Shown here piece after piece: positions 1 to 8,324 of a stretch of DNA of 64,000 nucleotides. This DNA comes from a virus. How positions within the stretch are numbered: position 1 is the stretch's first letter; every line of letters starts with the position of its first letter. The stretch spans positions 1 through 64,000 of IMG/VR virus record IMGVR_UViG_3300028197_000003. The stretch is one strand, 5' to 3'. Position numbers and translations under genes: made by a program. The notes under the pieces were generated by a model. It did no database searches. It had not been told where the DNA came from and worked only from the letters and a program-made list of their open reading frames with translations.

Positions 1-1
1 T

Positions 2-118
2 ATCATCAACGAGTTCTGCAATGCATTCACTGATGGAGTATTTCAAAGCAATTCTAAATGGTATATAAGAGATAACAATAATGTCACCCCATTTGTATCA
101 GGTTATGTCTTCAACTAA
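2..118 (+). CDS. 3' end of a hypothetical protein (partial, runs off the window)
   Basis: Open frame from base 2 (IINEFCNAFTDGVFQSNSKW...SGYVFN) to TAA at 116-118; same strand as following small ORFs. Confidence 0.6.
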   Translation: MINEFCNAFTDGVFQSNSKWYIRDNNNVTPFVSGYVFN

Positions 119-152
119 GTAACAACTACTCATACCATCACTATCTAACATC

Positions 153-407
153 ATGGCAACTCCCTATTTCATTCTCACACCAGACACACAAGACAAGTGG
201 GATGATATTATTTCAACCGTATTCTCCTACGTAAATGATAATCATAGTGATGCTAATGACACCTATGATTATGTCACTAACCATCTAGGATTGCCATTTG
301 TAGAGAATAAACAGTGCTTCGATATATTCTGGAAAGAATGGAATGAAGCATATCTATCTTTACTTGCTGGTGATGATGTACCTGATGAACTTACAGGGTG
401 GAACTAA
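153..407 (+). CDS. Small acidic hypothetical protein (84 aa)
   Basis: ATG-started ORF; TAA overlaps next ATG (TAATG). Confidence 0.75.
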   Translation: MATPYFILTPDTQDKWDDIISTVFSYVNDNHSDANDTYDYVTNHLGLPFVENKQCFDIFWKEWNEAYLSLLAGDDVPDELTGWN

Positions 408-622
408 TGATAAAACGATACATCGTAGAGACTATTCAATTCAATTGGAGAGATGGTGATTTTGATTGTCCAATGTCATTGAGACCAGGGATAATTGATG
501 CTACATTATCGACAGTTTGGTTCGGTGAATCAAAGGATGATGTTATCAATCAAATCAGACAATCTGCTGCTTTTGATGTAAGTTTTGTTGATCTAACTTA
601 TCTACCATATAAGGCAATATAA
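407..622 (+). CDS. Small hypothetical protein (71 aa)
   Basis: ATG at 407 coupled to upstream stop; preferred over GTG at 398. Confidence 0.7.
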   Translation: MIKRYIVETIQFNWRDGDFDCPMSLRPGIIDATLSTVWFGESKDDVINQIRQSAAFDVSFVDLTYLPYKAI

Positions 623-1315
623 TGTCATGCTAAGTAATAACGCGCACTCACTCACTAATTGTTACATAGTGTTAGTCAATCCATTGCAATTACTGTTACA
701 TAGCACTAAACTAAGTGTATTCCTCCCCCCCTAAATAAGCACTCGTTTATGATCTTTTATTAGTGAATCTTATCTATTTTCGTTATTACTGAAAGGTTCA
801 AATAAATGTATCTACGTTTACTCTTTCGTTCACTTATGTGCGGAGTTGATGTTACCTTAGCGAGCACAACATCGTCACACAGTTTATCACAGACCGCCCC
901 CAATTGCAACCCCTTGGAGACACTTTGTAACATTGCAATCGTGCCCACTAAATGACACTTAGCACCCCACTAAGTAACACATAAGGACTGCCTATCTAAC
1001 AGTTGCAGAAGATCGCTAAGTGACACATAGTGACACTGATTACACCGAGGAAAGTTCACCAGCATCCCAAACAGTAAGCATCACATAGCGACGACACTTA
1101 CAGGCACTCAGTGACACTTAGCACCCCACTAAGTAACACATAGCGACAGTGCTAAATGACACTTAGGGACAGTTATTTGTTATCGTTCGATGTTGGTAAG
1201 GGGGGGCGTTGCTAAAAAAGTACCTTCTTTCTAAGCTATAAACGTTTCCAGACGCTCGATAGATATCGATTTGATTTATTTTTTCAGATACCCTGAGAGG
1301 GATATAGAAAAATTT
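623..1315. other. Non-coding convergent intergenic region; candidate replication origin
   Basis: No credible ORF; direct/inverted repeats; C7 run at 725-731 and G7 run at 1200-1206; GC skew flips from C-rich to G-rich across it. Confidence 0.5.
948..1166. repeat. Iteron-like repeat cluster
   Basis: Exact 31-bp repeat TGACACTTAGCACCCCACTAAGTAACACATA at 953-983 and 1112-1142; CTAAATGACACTTAG at 948-962 and 1152-1166; variant CTAAGTGACACATAG at 1016-1030. Confidence 0.9.
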
Positions 1316-1486
1316 TTAGGGGTAAAAAATTTCTTGTAGGACGCCATTGGAGGAGAGGACGCGATATTTTTTGCCGGACTGGATAGAACGCCCCTTTGCG
1401 GTACGGCAAGCAGATGTCAAGGAGTGTTGTTCACCGTAGCGATGCCACTTGAAGAATTGGTCCTGGTATTCAATGATAAATTTCAT
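1316..1486 (-). CDS. Small basic hypothetical protein (56 aa; below ORF-track cutoff)
   Basis: Hand translation MKFIIEYQDQFFKWHRYGEQHSLTSACRTAKGRSIQSGKKYRVLSSNGVLQEIFYP; overlaps end of upstream SGNH gene by 17 nt. Confidence 0.65.
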   Translation of the reverse strand: MKFIIEYQDQFFKWHRYGEQHSLTSACRTAKGRSIQSGKKYRVLSSNGVLQEIFYP

Positions 1487-2234
1487 TGTAAAGGAGGTTA
1501 GCGAAGAAGTTATGAGATAGTCGAGTGGGATGAAAGGAGTGTGGATTTATGTGTTTATGTTGTTCTAAGAAGCGGATACGGCGTGAGTCTGTCTTTTGAT
1601 ACTGGGAGACGTGGTAAGTATCATTAGTGGGAGTGTAACCGTGATGGGTAGATAGGATGGAACAGAGGTCCCTGTGAGGGCGATCAGAGAATAGGAGACG
1701 GGGGATATGAGTGGGGTATATGTGATGATTGAAGAGATCTACCCAATAGTTACGAATACCGAGTGCATCAAAGTAAGTATTCCAATGAAGCATTTGATTG
1801 GAAAGTTCTTTGAGGACTACGGAGTGATTGTAATGTAAGCGGAGGTGAGTTTTGGAGTCAAAGTTATTTTTACGTAGTTGGTTATCTGCGGAATAACCGT
1901 GACCCCATACTCTACTTACGTAGGTATTACGGTTATTATACCATATTTCATCACGAGCGGTTGAAGTTATACCCCAGAGAACAATGGAGTCTTTCGAGGG
2001 GGGAGAAGTGTTGAAGAACTCAGTGGCCAAGCGGAATTGTTTTTGGTTACTTGAACCATTTTGTGAGAAATTTATGTTAGTTTTATTGAGTTTCTCTGAG
2101 AGTAGGTGACGGTATGAGTATTTTGTGAAGTCTTCAGAGTGTCTTTGGGCGTTGAATTGTTCTCTAGGTTGTCCTGGGGTGTAGCAGAGACCGTGACCCC
2201 ACATCCAGGAGCAACCGAAGGTGATGAGGTTCAT
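1470..2234 (-). CDS. SGNH/GDSL-like hydrolase/acyltransferase family protein
   Basis: N-terminal FGCSW, NFSQNGSSN, WGITSTARDE, C-terminal SFHPTRLSH. Confidence 0.75.
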   Translation of the reverse strand: MNLITFGCSWMWGHGLCYTPGQPREQFNAQRHSEDFTKYSYRHLLSEKLNKTNINFSQNGSSNQKQFRLATEFFNTSPPSKDSIVLWGITSTARDEIWYNNRNTYVSRVWGHGYSADNQLRKNNFDSKTHLRLHYNHSVVLKELSNQMLHWNTYFDALGIRNYWVDLFNHHIYPTHIPRLLFSDRPHRDLCSILSTHHGYTPTNDTYHVSQYQKTDSRRIRFLEQHKHINPHSFHPTRLSHNFFANLLYNEIYH

Positions 2235-2264
2235 AGGCGGTCGGAACCCTCTCTCAAAGGAAGT

Positions 2265-3110
2265 TTATTTGTCACCTGTAGCATCACGATGTTCTTGGGA
2301 GTAGATGGACTGTCTCATATTATTTTTTGTGAGGTAATAGTATGGAGACTTGAATATATCATGCATTGAGTATTCCATTACCATAGCGATACGTTTATGT
2401 GCTTTAGGAGTAGGGTGAAGTTGATTTTTGAAGGTATGAAGTAGATTAGTTTGTACACAATATTTGACACGTTCTGAGGTTTCTTCATTCATCCAACGGA
2501 TACCATATCCTGGAGTTTCCAGATTGGAGTCAGGTGCATGACATTCATTCCATGTTAGTTCAGTTAGCATGGAATTGATTAGGAGGCGACCACCAGGGTG
2601 GATATGATTATCGATACCATCCCACCAATAGTTAGGAATACCTTCAAGTTTTAGAAGTTTATCAAAGACTGCGATTTGATATTTGAATCGTTCATAACAT
2701 ACCCAGAAGTTATGATGTTTTTTATAGTAATCATCAACATCAATTTTGTGCCAATATTCTTGGTTGAACTTTTGTTCATCAGTCATGCCAGGGAATAAAA
2801 CCATTGAGGCAGCTTCAAAATCATCTTTATTTGAAATATGCTGAATTTCAAAGATAATACCAGCGACTTTGATGCCTCTTTTTTTATACTCAGGTAACTT
2901 ACGAATAATTACTTTATTCAAGTGGTATTGGAGAGTATCGTTAGATGCCCGTTTGAAAGATATATTCTTTAGTCGCCAGTTATATTTGTCTGCTAAGATA
3001 TGTGCCCATGATTTTTTAGGGTCATCTTCTGCAAGAGTCCATGCACCACCAATGACGATTAGGACTGGGCGAAGATCATCAATAGGAGTGCCACCATCAA
3101 AGGTCTCCAA
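2265..3110 (-). CDS. SGNH-like protein with nucleophile Ser replaced by Ala
   Basis: IGGAW in place of GxSW; NISFKRASN; C-terminal LHPTPKAH; TTG start uncertain. Confidence 0.65.
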   Translation of the reverse strand: METFDGGTPIDDLRPVLIVIGGAWTLAEDDPKKSWAHILADKYNWRLKNISFKRASNDTLQYHLNKVIIRKLPEYKKRGIKVAGIIFEIQHISNKDDFEAASMVLFPGMTDEQKFNQEYWHKIDVDDYYKKHHNFWVCYERFKYQIAVFDKLLKLEGIPNYWWDGIDNHIHPGGRLLINSMLTELTWNECHAPDSNLETPGYGIRWMNEETSERVKYCVQTNLLHTFKNQLHPTPKAHKRIAMVMEYSMHDIFKSPYYYLTKNNMRQSIYSQEHRDATGDK

Positions 3111-3366
3111 AGTTATCCCTCATTTCTTCACGATGGTTCTTGAGGGATGTGAAGGCACCATCAATAAAACCACGACGATATTCCCAGGTATCACCCCCGG
3201 TTTTACCTCTAGAGGCATTGATGCACTTTGCAGCATCAGGATCATCTTCTCTAAGGTTATTGCATACTAAACCAGCAAGATCAAGATCTTTACCAGGTTT
3301 GCCGGTCCCTCCCCAATAGAGGACTCCCTCCATCCAAGTAGCACCACACTTTTCACATTTCTTCAT
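3097..3366 (-). CDS. Cys-containing hypothetical protein (possible Zn-binding)
   Basis: CEKC plus two further Cys; in operon context; upstream TAAATA box on minus strand. Confidence 0.7.
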   Translation of the reverse strand: MKKCEKCGATWMEGVLYWGGTGKPGKDLDLAGLVCNNLREDDPDAAKCINASRGKTGGDTWEYRRGFIDGAFTSLKNHREEMRDNFGDL

Positions 3367-3391
3367 GGGAACCTCTGTGGATTATAAAAAA

Positions 3392-3398
3392 TATTTAG
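3392..3398 (-). promoter_or_regulatory. T4-like late promoter box (CTAAATA)
   Basis: TATTTAG on + strand, 26 bp upstream of the 3366 start. Confidence 0.45.
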
Positions 3399-4024
3399 AA
3401 GTTAGTATGTTCTATAATGTAGTCAGCAATGATTTTGTGTTGATCTGCATTTGGATGACCTTGACCAGGGGTCTGGATCATCTTCAGAATATCCTCGTAG
3501 ATATGATGCATTTTCGGGTCATCCATTAGGTTTCGCCAATACCCCATATCTTCTAGAGGATCACAATCATTGAATAGTACAATGTAGGGAACTTCATGTA
3601 CTTTAGCAAATTGTTCAAAAAGAAGTAAGTTTTTGTATAAATTCTCTGCCCCATGTGTCTTATTCCATACCCAACGGTAGTAGGAAGACATTGCTAGGGA
3701 ATGTGGTACTTTCTTCTTATTACCTGAACGGAAGTTGAAATTAGAATTATCTTGTCTAAACCTAAAAGGGCAGAAGAGGTGAGCACCATCTTCTGCATAG
3801 AACTCAATACGAGTGGGTACTGTAAGTTGTAAGACTACTGGTTGAACCCCATTAGTCTTTATATGATGTAGTACCCTATTTACGATATAGTCATTGGATG
3901 CCCCACATTGAGACAAATCAGTTGCTTCACACTTGTAGTGTTTTTCAACATGATGAATGAACCGTTCTGCTAGACGGTCCTTCAGTTCATCACCCCATGT
4001 ATACGAACAACCCGCAAATATCAT
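3395..4024 (-). CDS. SGNH-like protein
   Basis: FAGCSYTWG, DLSQCGASN, QLTVPTRIE, C-terminal GHPNADQH. Confidence 0.75.
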   Translation of the reverse strand: MIFAGCSYTWGDELKDRLAERFIHHVEKHYKCEATDLSQCGASNDYIVNRVLHHIKTNGVQPVVLQLTVPTRIEFYAEDGAHLFCPFRFRQDNSNFNFRSGNKKKVPHSLAMSSYYRWVWNKTHGAENLYKNLLLFEQFAKVHEVPYIVLFNDCDPLEDMGYWRNLMDDPKMHHIYEDILKMIQTPGQGHPNADQHKIIADYIIEHTNF

Positions 4025-4395
4025 GCCGAAAGATCAATCATTTTCTGTATGTAGGTCTTTGCTTTTTGTAGGTCATCTTGACGAGAGTTGCCAGATTTCC
4101 TACCTGCACGACTAACATACTTTACAACATTACCAGCAAAGAAGTCGAGTTCTTGATCTGCAATGAAATCCCAGACTTCAATTTGTCCAGTATTGTAATA
4201 ATCGGGATGGTAACCGAGTGCATCAGAAACCGAAAACGTAAGGTGATCTTGTCCTGGTCCCCCAATGCCTCCAACTTGGAATGTGAAAGGGACTTGCTGA
4301 GCTGCTTGTACAGCATCGTCAGGAACTTGGATATCTAATGCGTCACCGCCGTCGAATTGAATGGTGTCGTCTGCCATAGAACTAATGAGCGTCAC
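4021..4395 (-). CDS. DUF3310-like protein (T7 gp1.7 nucleotide-kinase-related family)
   Basis: HPDYY..GQIEVWDFI...FFAGNVVKYVSRAGRK...DDLQKAKTY pattern; start could be the Met at 4377. Confidence 0.7.
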   Translation of the reverse strand: MTLISSMADDTIQFDGGDALDIQVPDDAVQAAQQVPFTFQVGGIGGPGQDHLTFSVSDALGYHPDYYNTGQIEVWDFIADQELDFFAGNVVKYVSRAGRKSGNSRQDDLQKAKTYIQKMIDLSA

Positions 4396-5221
4396 GCCAA
4401 ATAGTATTGTAGGGTTTAGAATCTTTATTAGATTCCTTATATGAAGTATAGCACTTGGTTAGTATAGGGTCAAGGATCTCTGCAATTTGTTGATGTCCTT
4501 GTATAGTTGGGTGAAATGAATATGGATTGAGAACTCCTTTTTTCTTCAAGAAGTCAACACGATCACAATCTGCTTTCCAATCAGAGAAGTGATACTTATC
4601 ATCCATTGGATCCCATCCATTCTTGTATGCCAACTGACTTAGTAAGTCCTGATTGCAGTCATACGGCAATTCATCAAATGGTTTATATACACCACCAGTA
4701 TAATTATTGACATTCAGTGTGTCAAACCATATTTGAGGAACGTTGAGTAACTCAAAATACTTCTGCCAAAAATGGACTTCGTCTGCTAACGTCCGATTGG
4801 CAACACGTTCATAGAAGTGTTGGCGGAAATACTCCTTTGGTCCACACCAATCAGGTCCATGAATATGTTTACGTTTCTCTTGACCGGGTTGAAAGCATGA
4901 AAATGACTTTCCATGATTGAAAAATACTTCCATCCTGTAGATAGAAGTTACCCCCCAGATGACAATAGTGTCATTTAGATCATTCTGATGTAAATATTTT
5001 CTAAGTCTGCGAAACTGACATCCATTAGATGCTCCTCCAGAAGCAATATTGACGTTTTCTAATCCATGCTTTTTTGATAAGATAGTTCTAAACGCATTTT
5101 CCCAGTTGTCATCATCGTTATAACAGCGGTCTTGATACGTTTGTTTGTCCCAAGGATCTTCAGAATCATACCCGGAACCAACACCAGCAATCCAACTGCA
5201 TCCTAAAGTCAGTAATCTCAT
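4382..5221 (-). CDS. SGNH-like protein
   Basis: LGCSW, NIASGGASN, WGVTSIYRME, C-terminal SFHPTIQGH. Confidence 0.75.
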   Translation of the reverse strand: MRLLTLGCSWIAGVGSGYDSEDPWDKQTYQDRCYNDDDNWENAFRTILSKKHGLENVNIASGGASNGCQFRRLRKYLHQNDLNDTIVIWGVTSIYRMEVFFNHGKSFSCFQPGQEKRKHIHGPDWCGPKEYFRQHFYERVANRTLADEVHFWQKYFELLNVPQIWFDTLNVNNYTGGVYKPFDELPYDCNQDLLSQLAYKNGWDPMDDKYHFSDWKADCDRVDFLKKKGVLNPYSFHPTIQGHQQIAEILDPILTKCYTSYKESNKDSKPYNTIWRDAH

Positions 5222-6003
5222 CTGAGTCGGGCAATCTCACCATCAATCTTATCTGCTAACCACTTATGGTACTCTCTAGTGGGATGTTGAGAGAAAGGAT
5301 TGACTTCTTTCTGCTGTTCTAGATATTGAATGCGAGTAGAATCTGAAGAAGAGAACTGCGAGACGTGATATCCATCTGCTTTTGGGGAGAATTGTAAGTC
5401 TGCACACTTCAAAGACATCAGATCCCGCCTAGGTTGATCGTCAAAGAGCATCCTATCGATTGGTTTGGGGTATTCATGATGGTTGAAAGTATCAAACCAA
5501 TAATTTTCAATACCTGCTGCTTCAAAAAAGCGGTTCCAGAAGCGGCATTTGTGTGCAAGTAGTTCTACTTTCTCCTTGTGATCATAGTGATGTGCTAAAT
5601 GTGCCTTGCTATCAAACTTAGCACGCGCCATTTGGGTGTCAGCACCCCATCCATTACCAAAAAGAACACTGATATATTTTCCTTTTTCCTTAGAAAACAC
5701 CTCAGTGCGGGTTGTAACAGTCAATCCCCAGAGCACAACTGTGTTTTTGTACTCACTTGGATCTAATTTACCAAAGTATCTCTCAGCAAACCGAAACTGA
5801 CGCTCATTGGAAGACCCCATTTGAGCGAAATTTTCGTTCGTGCACTCCCACTTATCTGCTAGATGCTTACGAAAGGCATATTTGTCTCCGAACTTTGCGT
5901 CATGATTGTCAGAACCTTGTTTATATTCAATCTTAGTCATCCCTGGAGTATAGTTGGTACCCACACCAAACATCCAAGAGCATCCAAAAGTAACAAGATT
6001 CAT
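5218..6003 (-). CDS. SGNH-like protein (close paralog of 1470-2234)
   Basis: FGCSW, NFAQMGSSN, WGLTVTTRTE, SQHPTREYH; shares FDSKxHLxxHYxH with 1470-2234. Confidence 0.75.
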   Translation of the reverse strand: MNLVTFGCSWMFGVGTNYTPGMTKIEYKQGSDNHDAKFGDKYAFRKHLADKWECTNENFAQMGSSNERQFRFAERYFGKLDPSEYKNTVVLWGLTVTTRTEVFSKEKGKYISVLFGNGWGADTQMARAKFDSKAHLAHHYDHKEKVELLAHKCRFWNRFFEAAGIENYWFDTFNHHEYPKPIDRMLFDDQPRRDLMSLKCADLQFSPKADGYHVSQFSSSDSTRIQYLEQQKEVNPFSQHPTREYHKWLADKIDGEIARLR

Positions 6004-6045
6004 AATAGATCAAATCTCAGAGGTAGCATTGCGGGGATTCTGCCG

Positions 6046-6053
6046 TATTTATC
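6046..6053 (-). promoter_or_regulatory. T4-like late promoter (GATAAATA)
   Basis: TATTTATC on + strand, 43 bp upstream of the SGNH gene starting at 6003. Confidence 0.6.
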
Positions 6054-6106
6054 ATAACATAGTTTGGCCATCATACTCAAAGTCATGACAGTGACTTGAT
6101 AGCACT

Positions 6107-7078
6107 CTATTTTCCCCATGCTTCAGGTAAAGTTTTGAATACGTACTTCCAATCTTTATAAAATTTACCCATATACATTCCTGCAACGTTGATATCTTCT
6201 GGAGTAAGGTCTTCAACGTCGCTTATCCATTGATCTTTTAGGTATTCGTGGTGTGGTGCCTTACTTCCCATGTCTGGGACATAGACATTTTGATGAAGCT
6301 CTGTAATTGGGTACTCAAAAAACTCAGAAATAGCACCAAGTTGCTCTGTTTCTTGTTCAGGATCCCAAAAATCTTCCATCACCACTGGATAAACGTTATC
6401 TTTACCAAAAGCATCGCAATATTTTAGGTAACCAGCGATATAATCGCAATGATCTGGCACTCTATTCTGTTTTAGGTTGTGAAAAAACAATTTTCGGTGA
6501 TTTTGTCTCTTTGCAAAGGCTGCTGCGGTAAAATCTCCGCACCAAGAATCTACAACATTGACTTTTCGGGTCAATAAACTACCAACTTCCGAAAAATAGC
6601 GCCTAACAGGGTCACGAAACTCCATCAAGATCTTGACTTTGAAGTGCTCCTGCAATTTTGGAGCAATTTCAAACAAAAATGGTCGAGGAAGACTGAAATT
6701 TGTGTTGGAGAAGTCGCAAACTCCCTCATATTCGTCTTTGATGTTTTCCCAATGCCCTAAAAAGTATTCAATGTACGCATCGAGTGACTTTGGATTTGCC
6801 ATAAGCATTTCCAAAGACGTATTTTTGACAAATCGGTTACTTTTTGATAAATATTCGCCATACGGATGATCGTTTGGTCTTTTTTGATAACTAGCACCGT
6901 TCCACATTAGATCAAAGGCACGTTCATGCTCCTCATCTTTCTTACAAAGTGCTTTGAGGTACCAATTTTCTTTTTTATGCCCCATATGAACATATTGGTT
7001 GTCCATCGTCACTGTGTAGTGCATTGGACTTGTTGCTGACCAGCCAACGCCGGGATTTAGAAGCAGTGTTGGTTTCAT
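6107..7078 (-). CDS. Sulfotransferase-fold (P-loop-like) protein
   Basis: GVGWSATSP (5'-PSB-like), KKENWY, DFSN, FRDPVRRYFS (3'-PB-like). Confidence 0.7.
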   Translation of the reverse strand: MKPTLLLNPGVGWSATSPMHYTVTMDNQYVHMGHKKENWYLKALCKKDEEHERAFDLMWNGASYQKRPNDHPYGEYLSKSNRFVKNTSLEMLMANPKSLDAYIEYFLGHWENIKDEYEGVCDFSNTNFSLPRPFLFEIAPKLQEHFKVKILMEFRDPVRRYFSEVGSLLTRKVNVVDSWCGDFTAAAFAKRQNHRKLFFHNLKQNRVPDHCDYIAGYLKYCDAFGKDNVYPVVMEDFWDPEQETEQLGAISEFFEYPITELHQNVYVPDMGSKAPHHEYLKDQWISDVEDLTPEDINVAGMYMGKFYKDWKYVFKTLPEAWGK

Positions 7079-7110
7079 GGTAAACTATATAAATTCAGGA
7101 GGTGGGTCGT

Positions 7111-7269
7111 ATGCCGTATGATGTCTATCTAGACAAGAAAATCATCTTTGAATCTCTATCAAAAGAAAAAGCAGAAGGAATTCGAGATACCATGCAAAAT
7201 ATGATTATGGCAGGAATCAACACTACTTATAAAGTTGAAGATATCCGAATTGAACCTTGTAAAGGATGA
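7111..7269 (+). CDS. Small hypothetical protein (52 aa; not in ORF track)
   Basis: AGGAGG at 7097-7102; MPYDVYLDKKIIFESLSKEKAEGIRDTMQNMIMAG...; TGA overlaps next ATG (ATGA). Confidence 0.75.
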   Translation: MPYDVYLDKKIIFESLSKEKAEGIRDTMQNMIMAGINTTYKVEDIRIEPCKG

Positions 7270-8156
7270 AACCTACATTATTTTTGAACGTAGGAACTGG
7301 ATGGTCAGGGACTACTCCATTATACTACACTTTGGGTTGGTATAACAACTATTGTCATGCTGGACACCGTAAAGAAAAAGGATATCTGTGGTTGCTTCAG
7401 TTACAGAAAGATAATAACACGTTTGAGCGAGTAAAGTTCTACAAAAAGTTTTTTGGACCATCCAGGCAGTCAATTACGACTCGGAAACCCAAAATCTTCA
7501 CTCATGAATCTAAGTACGTTGCTGGAAAATGGACTGAGGAAGAAATTGAGTATTTTTGGGGTCCCCCGTTTGAATTGAGAAAGTATGTTCAATATTATTT
7601 GAAGCATTGGGATAATATCAAAGATGATTATAAAGCAGTTGCTGATTTTAGCAACCCCAATGGATATTGCGATGCAGAGTACATAAAATATCTTGCATAT
7701 CATTTACAGAGTTATTTTGACGTAAAAATCCACATGATTTTCCGAGATCCCATTCGTAGACTGTGGTCTTGTCGTCAAGCTCAGAAAAGAGACAAACCTG
7801 TTGAGCATTTTCTAAAGTCTGGCATGGATTTTGACTATATCGATTTCTATAACAAATGGGCAGATGCATTTGGCAATGATAATACCCATGTAACAATCAT
7901 GGAAGACTTTTGGGCAGGAGACACTTCTTTGCTGTCAAGTTTTATTGGTATGGATATCAAGGAGACTCATGTCAATGCATATGTCCCAGATCTCGGTCCC
8001 TGTGCTCCACATATCCAATATTTGAACGATCAGTGGGAATCTGACGTAATGCATATGCCAGATCATGTCAAGGATAAAGCAAAGATTATGATGGAACCTT
8101 GCTATTCTCATTGGAAGCAATATTTTGGCAAATTGCCCGAATCTTGGGGAAAGTGA
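7266..8156 (+). CDS. Sulfotransferase-fold protein
   Basis: GTGWSGTTP, RKEKGY, DFSNPN, FRDPIRRLWS, C-terminal DQWESD...LPESWG shared with paralogs. Confidence 0.7.
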   Translation: MKPTLFLNVGTGWSGTTPLYYTLGWYNNYCHAGHRKEKGYLWLLQLQKDNNTFERVKFYKKFFGPSRQSITTRKPKIFTHESKYVAGKWTEEEIEYFWGPPFELRKYVQYYLKHWDNIKDDYKAVADFSNPNGYCDAEYIKYLAYHLQSYFDVKIHMIFRDPIRRLWSCRQAQKRDKPVEHFLKSGMDFDYIDFYNKWADAFGNDNTHVTIMEDFWAGDTSLLSSFIGMDIKETHVNAYVPDLGPCAPHIQYLNDQWESDVMHMPDHVKDKAKIMMEPCYSHWKQYFGKLPESWGK

Positions 8157-8186
8157 TATTATACATAGGAAGCATTTGAGGTTGTT

Positions 8187-8324
8187 ATGCGCCGACTCTG
8201 GTATTGGATTGTAGGTGAATGGAATCTTCGTAAAATCCGCAAAATGGATCCGTTTATCTACGAAGCAGATCAGATGGATGAGATGGATGATCCTTTTGCT
8301 GATGATGGGGACGATAAAGGATGA
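8187..8324 (+). CDS. Small protein with Trp/basic N-half, DPFIYE motif and acidic tail (45 aa; not in ORF track)
   Basis: Hand translation MRRLWYWIVGEWNLRKIRKMDPFIYEADQMDEMDDPFADDGDDKG; ATGA overlap with carbamoyltransferase. Confidence 0.65.
   Translation: MRRLWYWIVGEWNLRKIRKMDPFIYEADQMDEMDDPFADDGDDKG

Noticed and set aside
760-948. 62-aa minus-strand ORF in the intergenic region
   Set aside because: Starts inside the repeat cluster, no RBS or recognisable motif; likely chance.
948-1166. Repeat cluster as a CRISPR array
   Set aside because: Only two full copies with irregular spacing and partial variants; no regular spacers or cas genes.
6004-6106. 28-aa minus-strand ORF between the sulfotransferase-fold and SGNH genes
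   Set aside because: Spans the late-promoter box, no RBS; better explained as a promoter/leader region.
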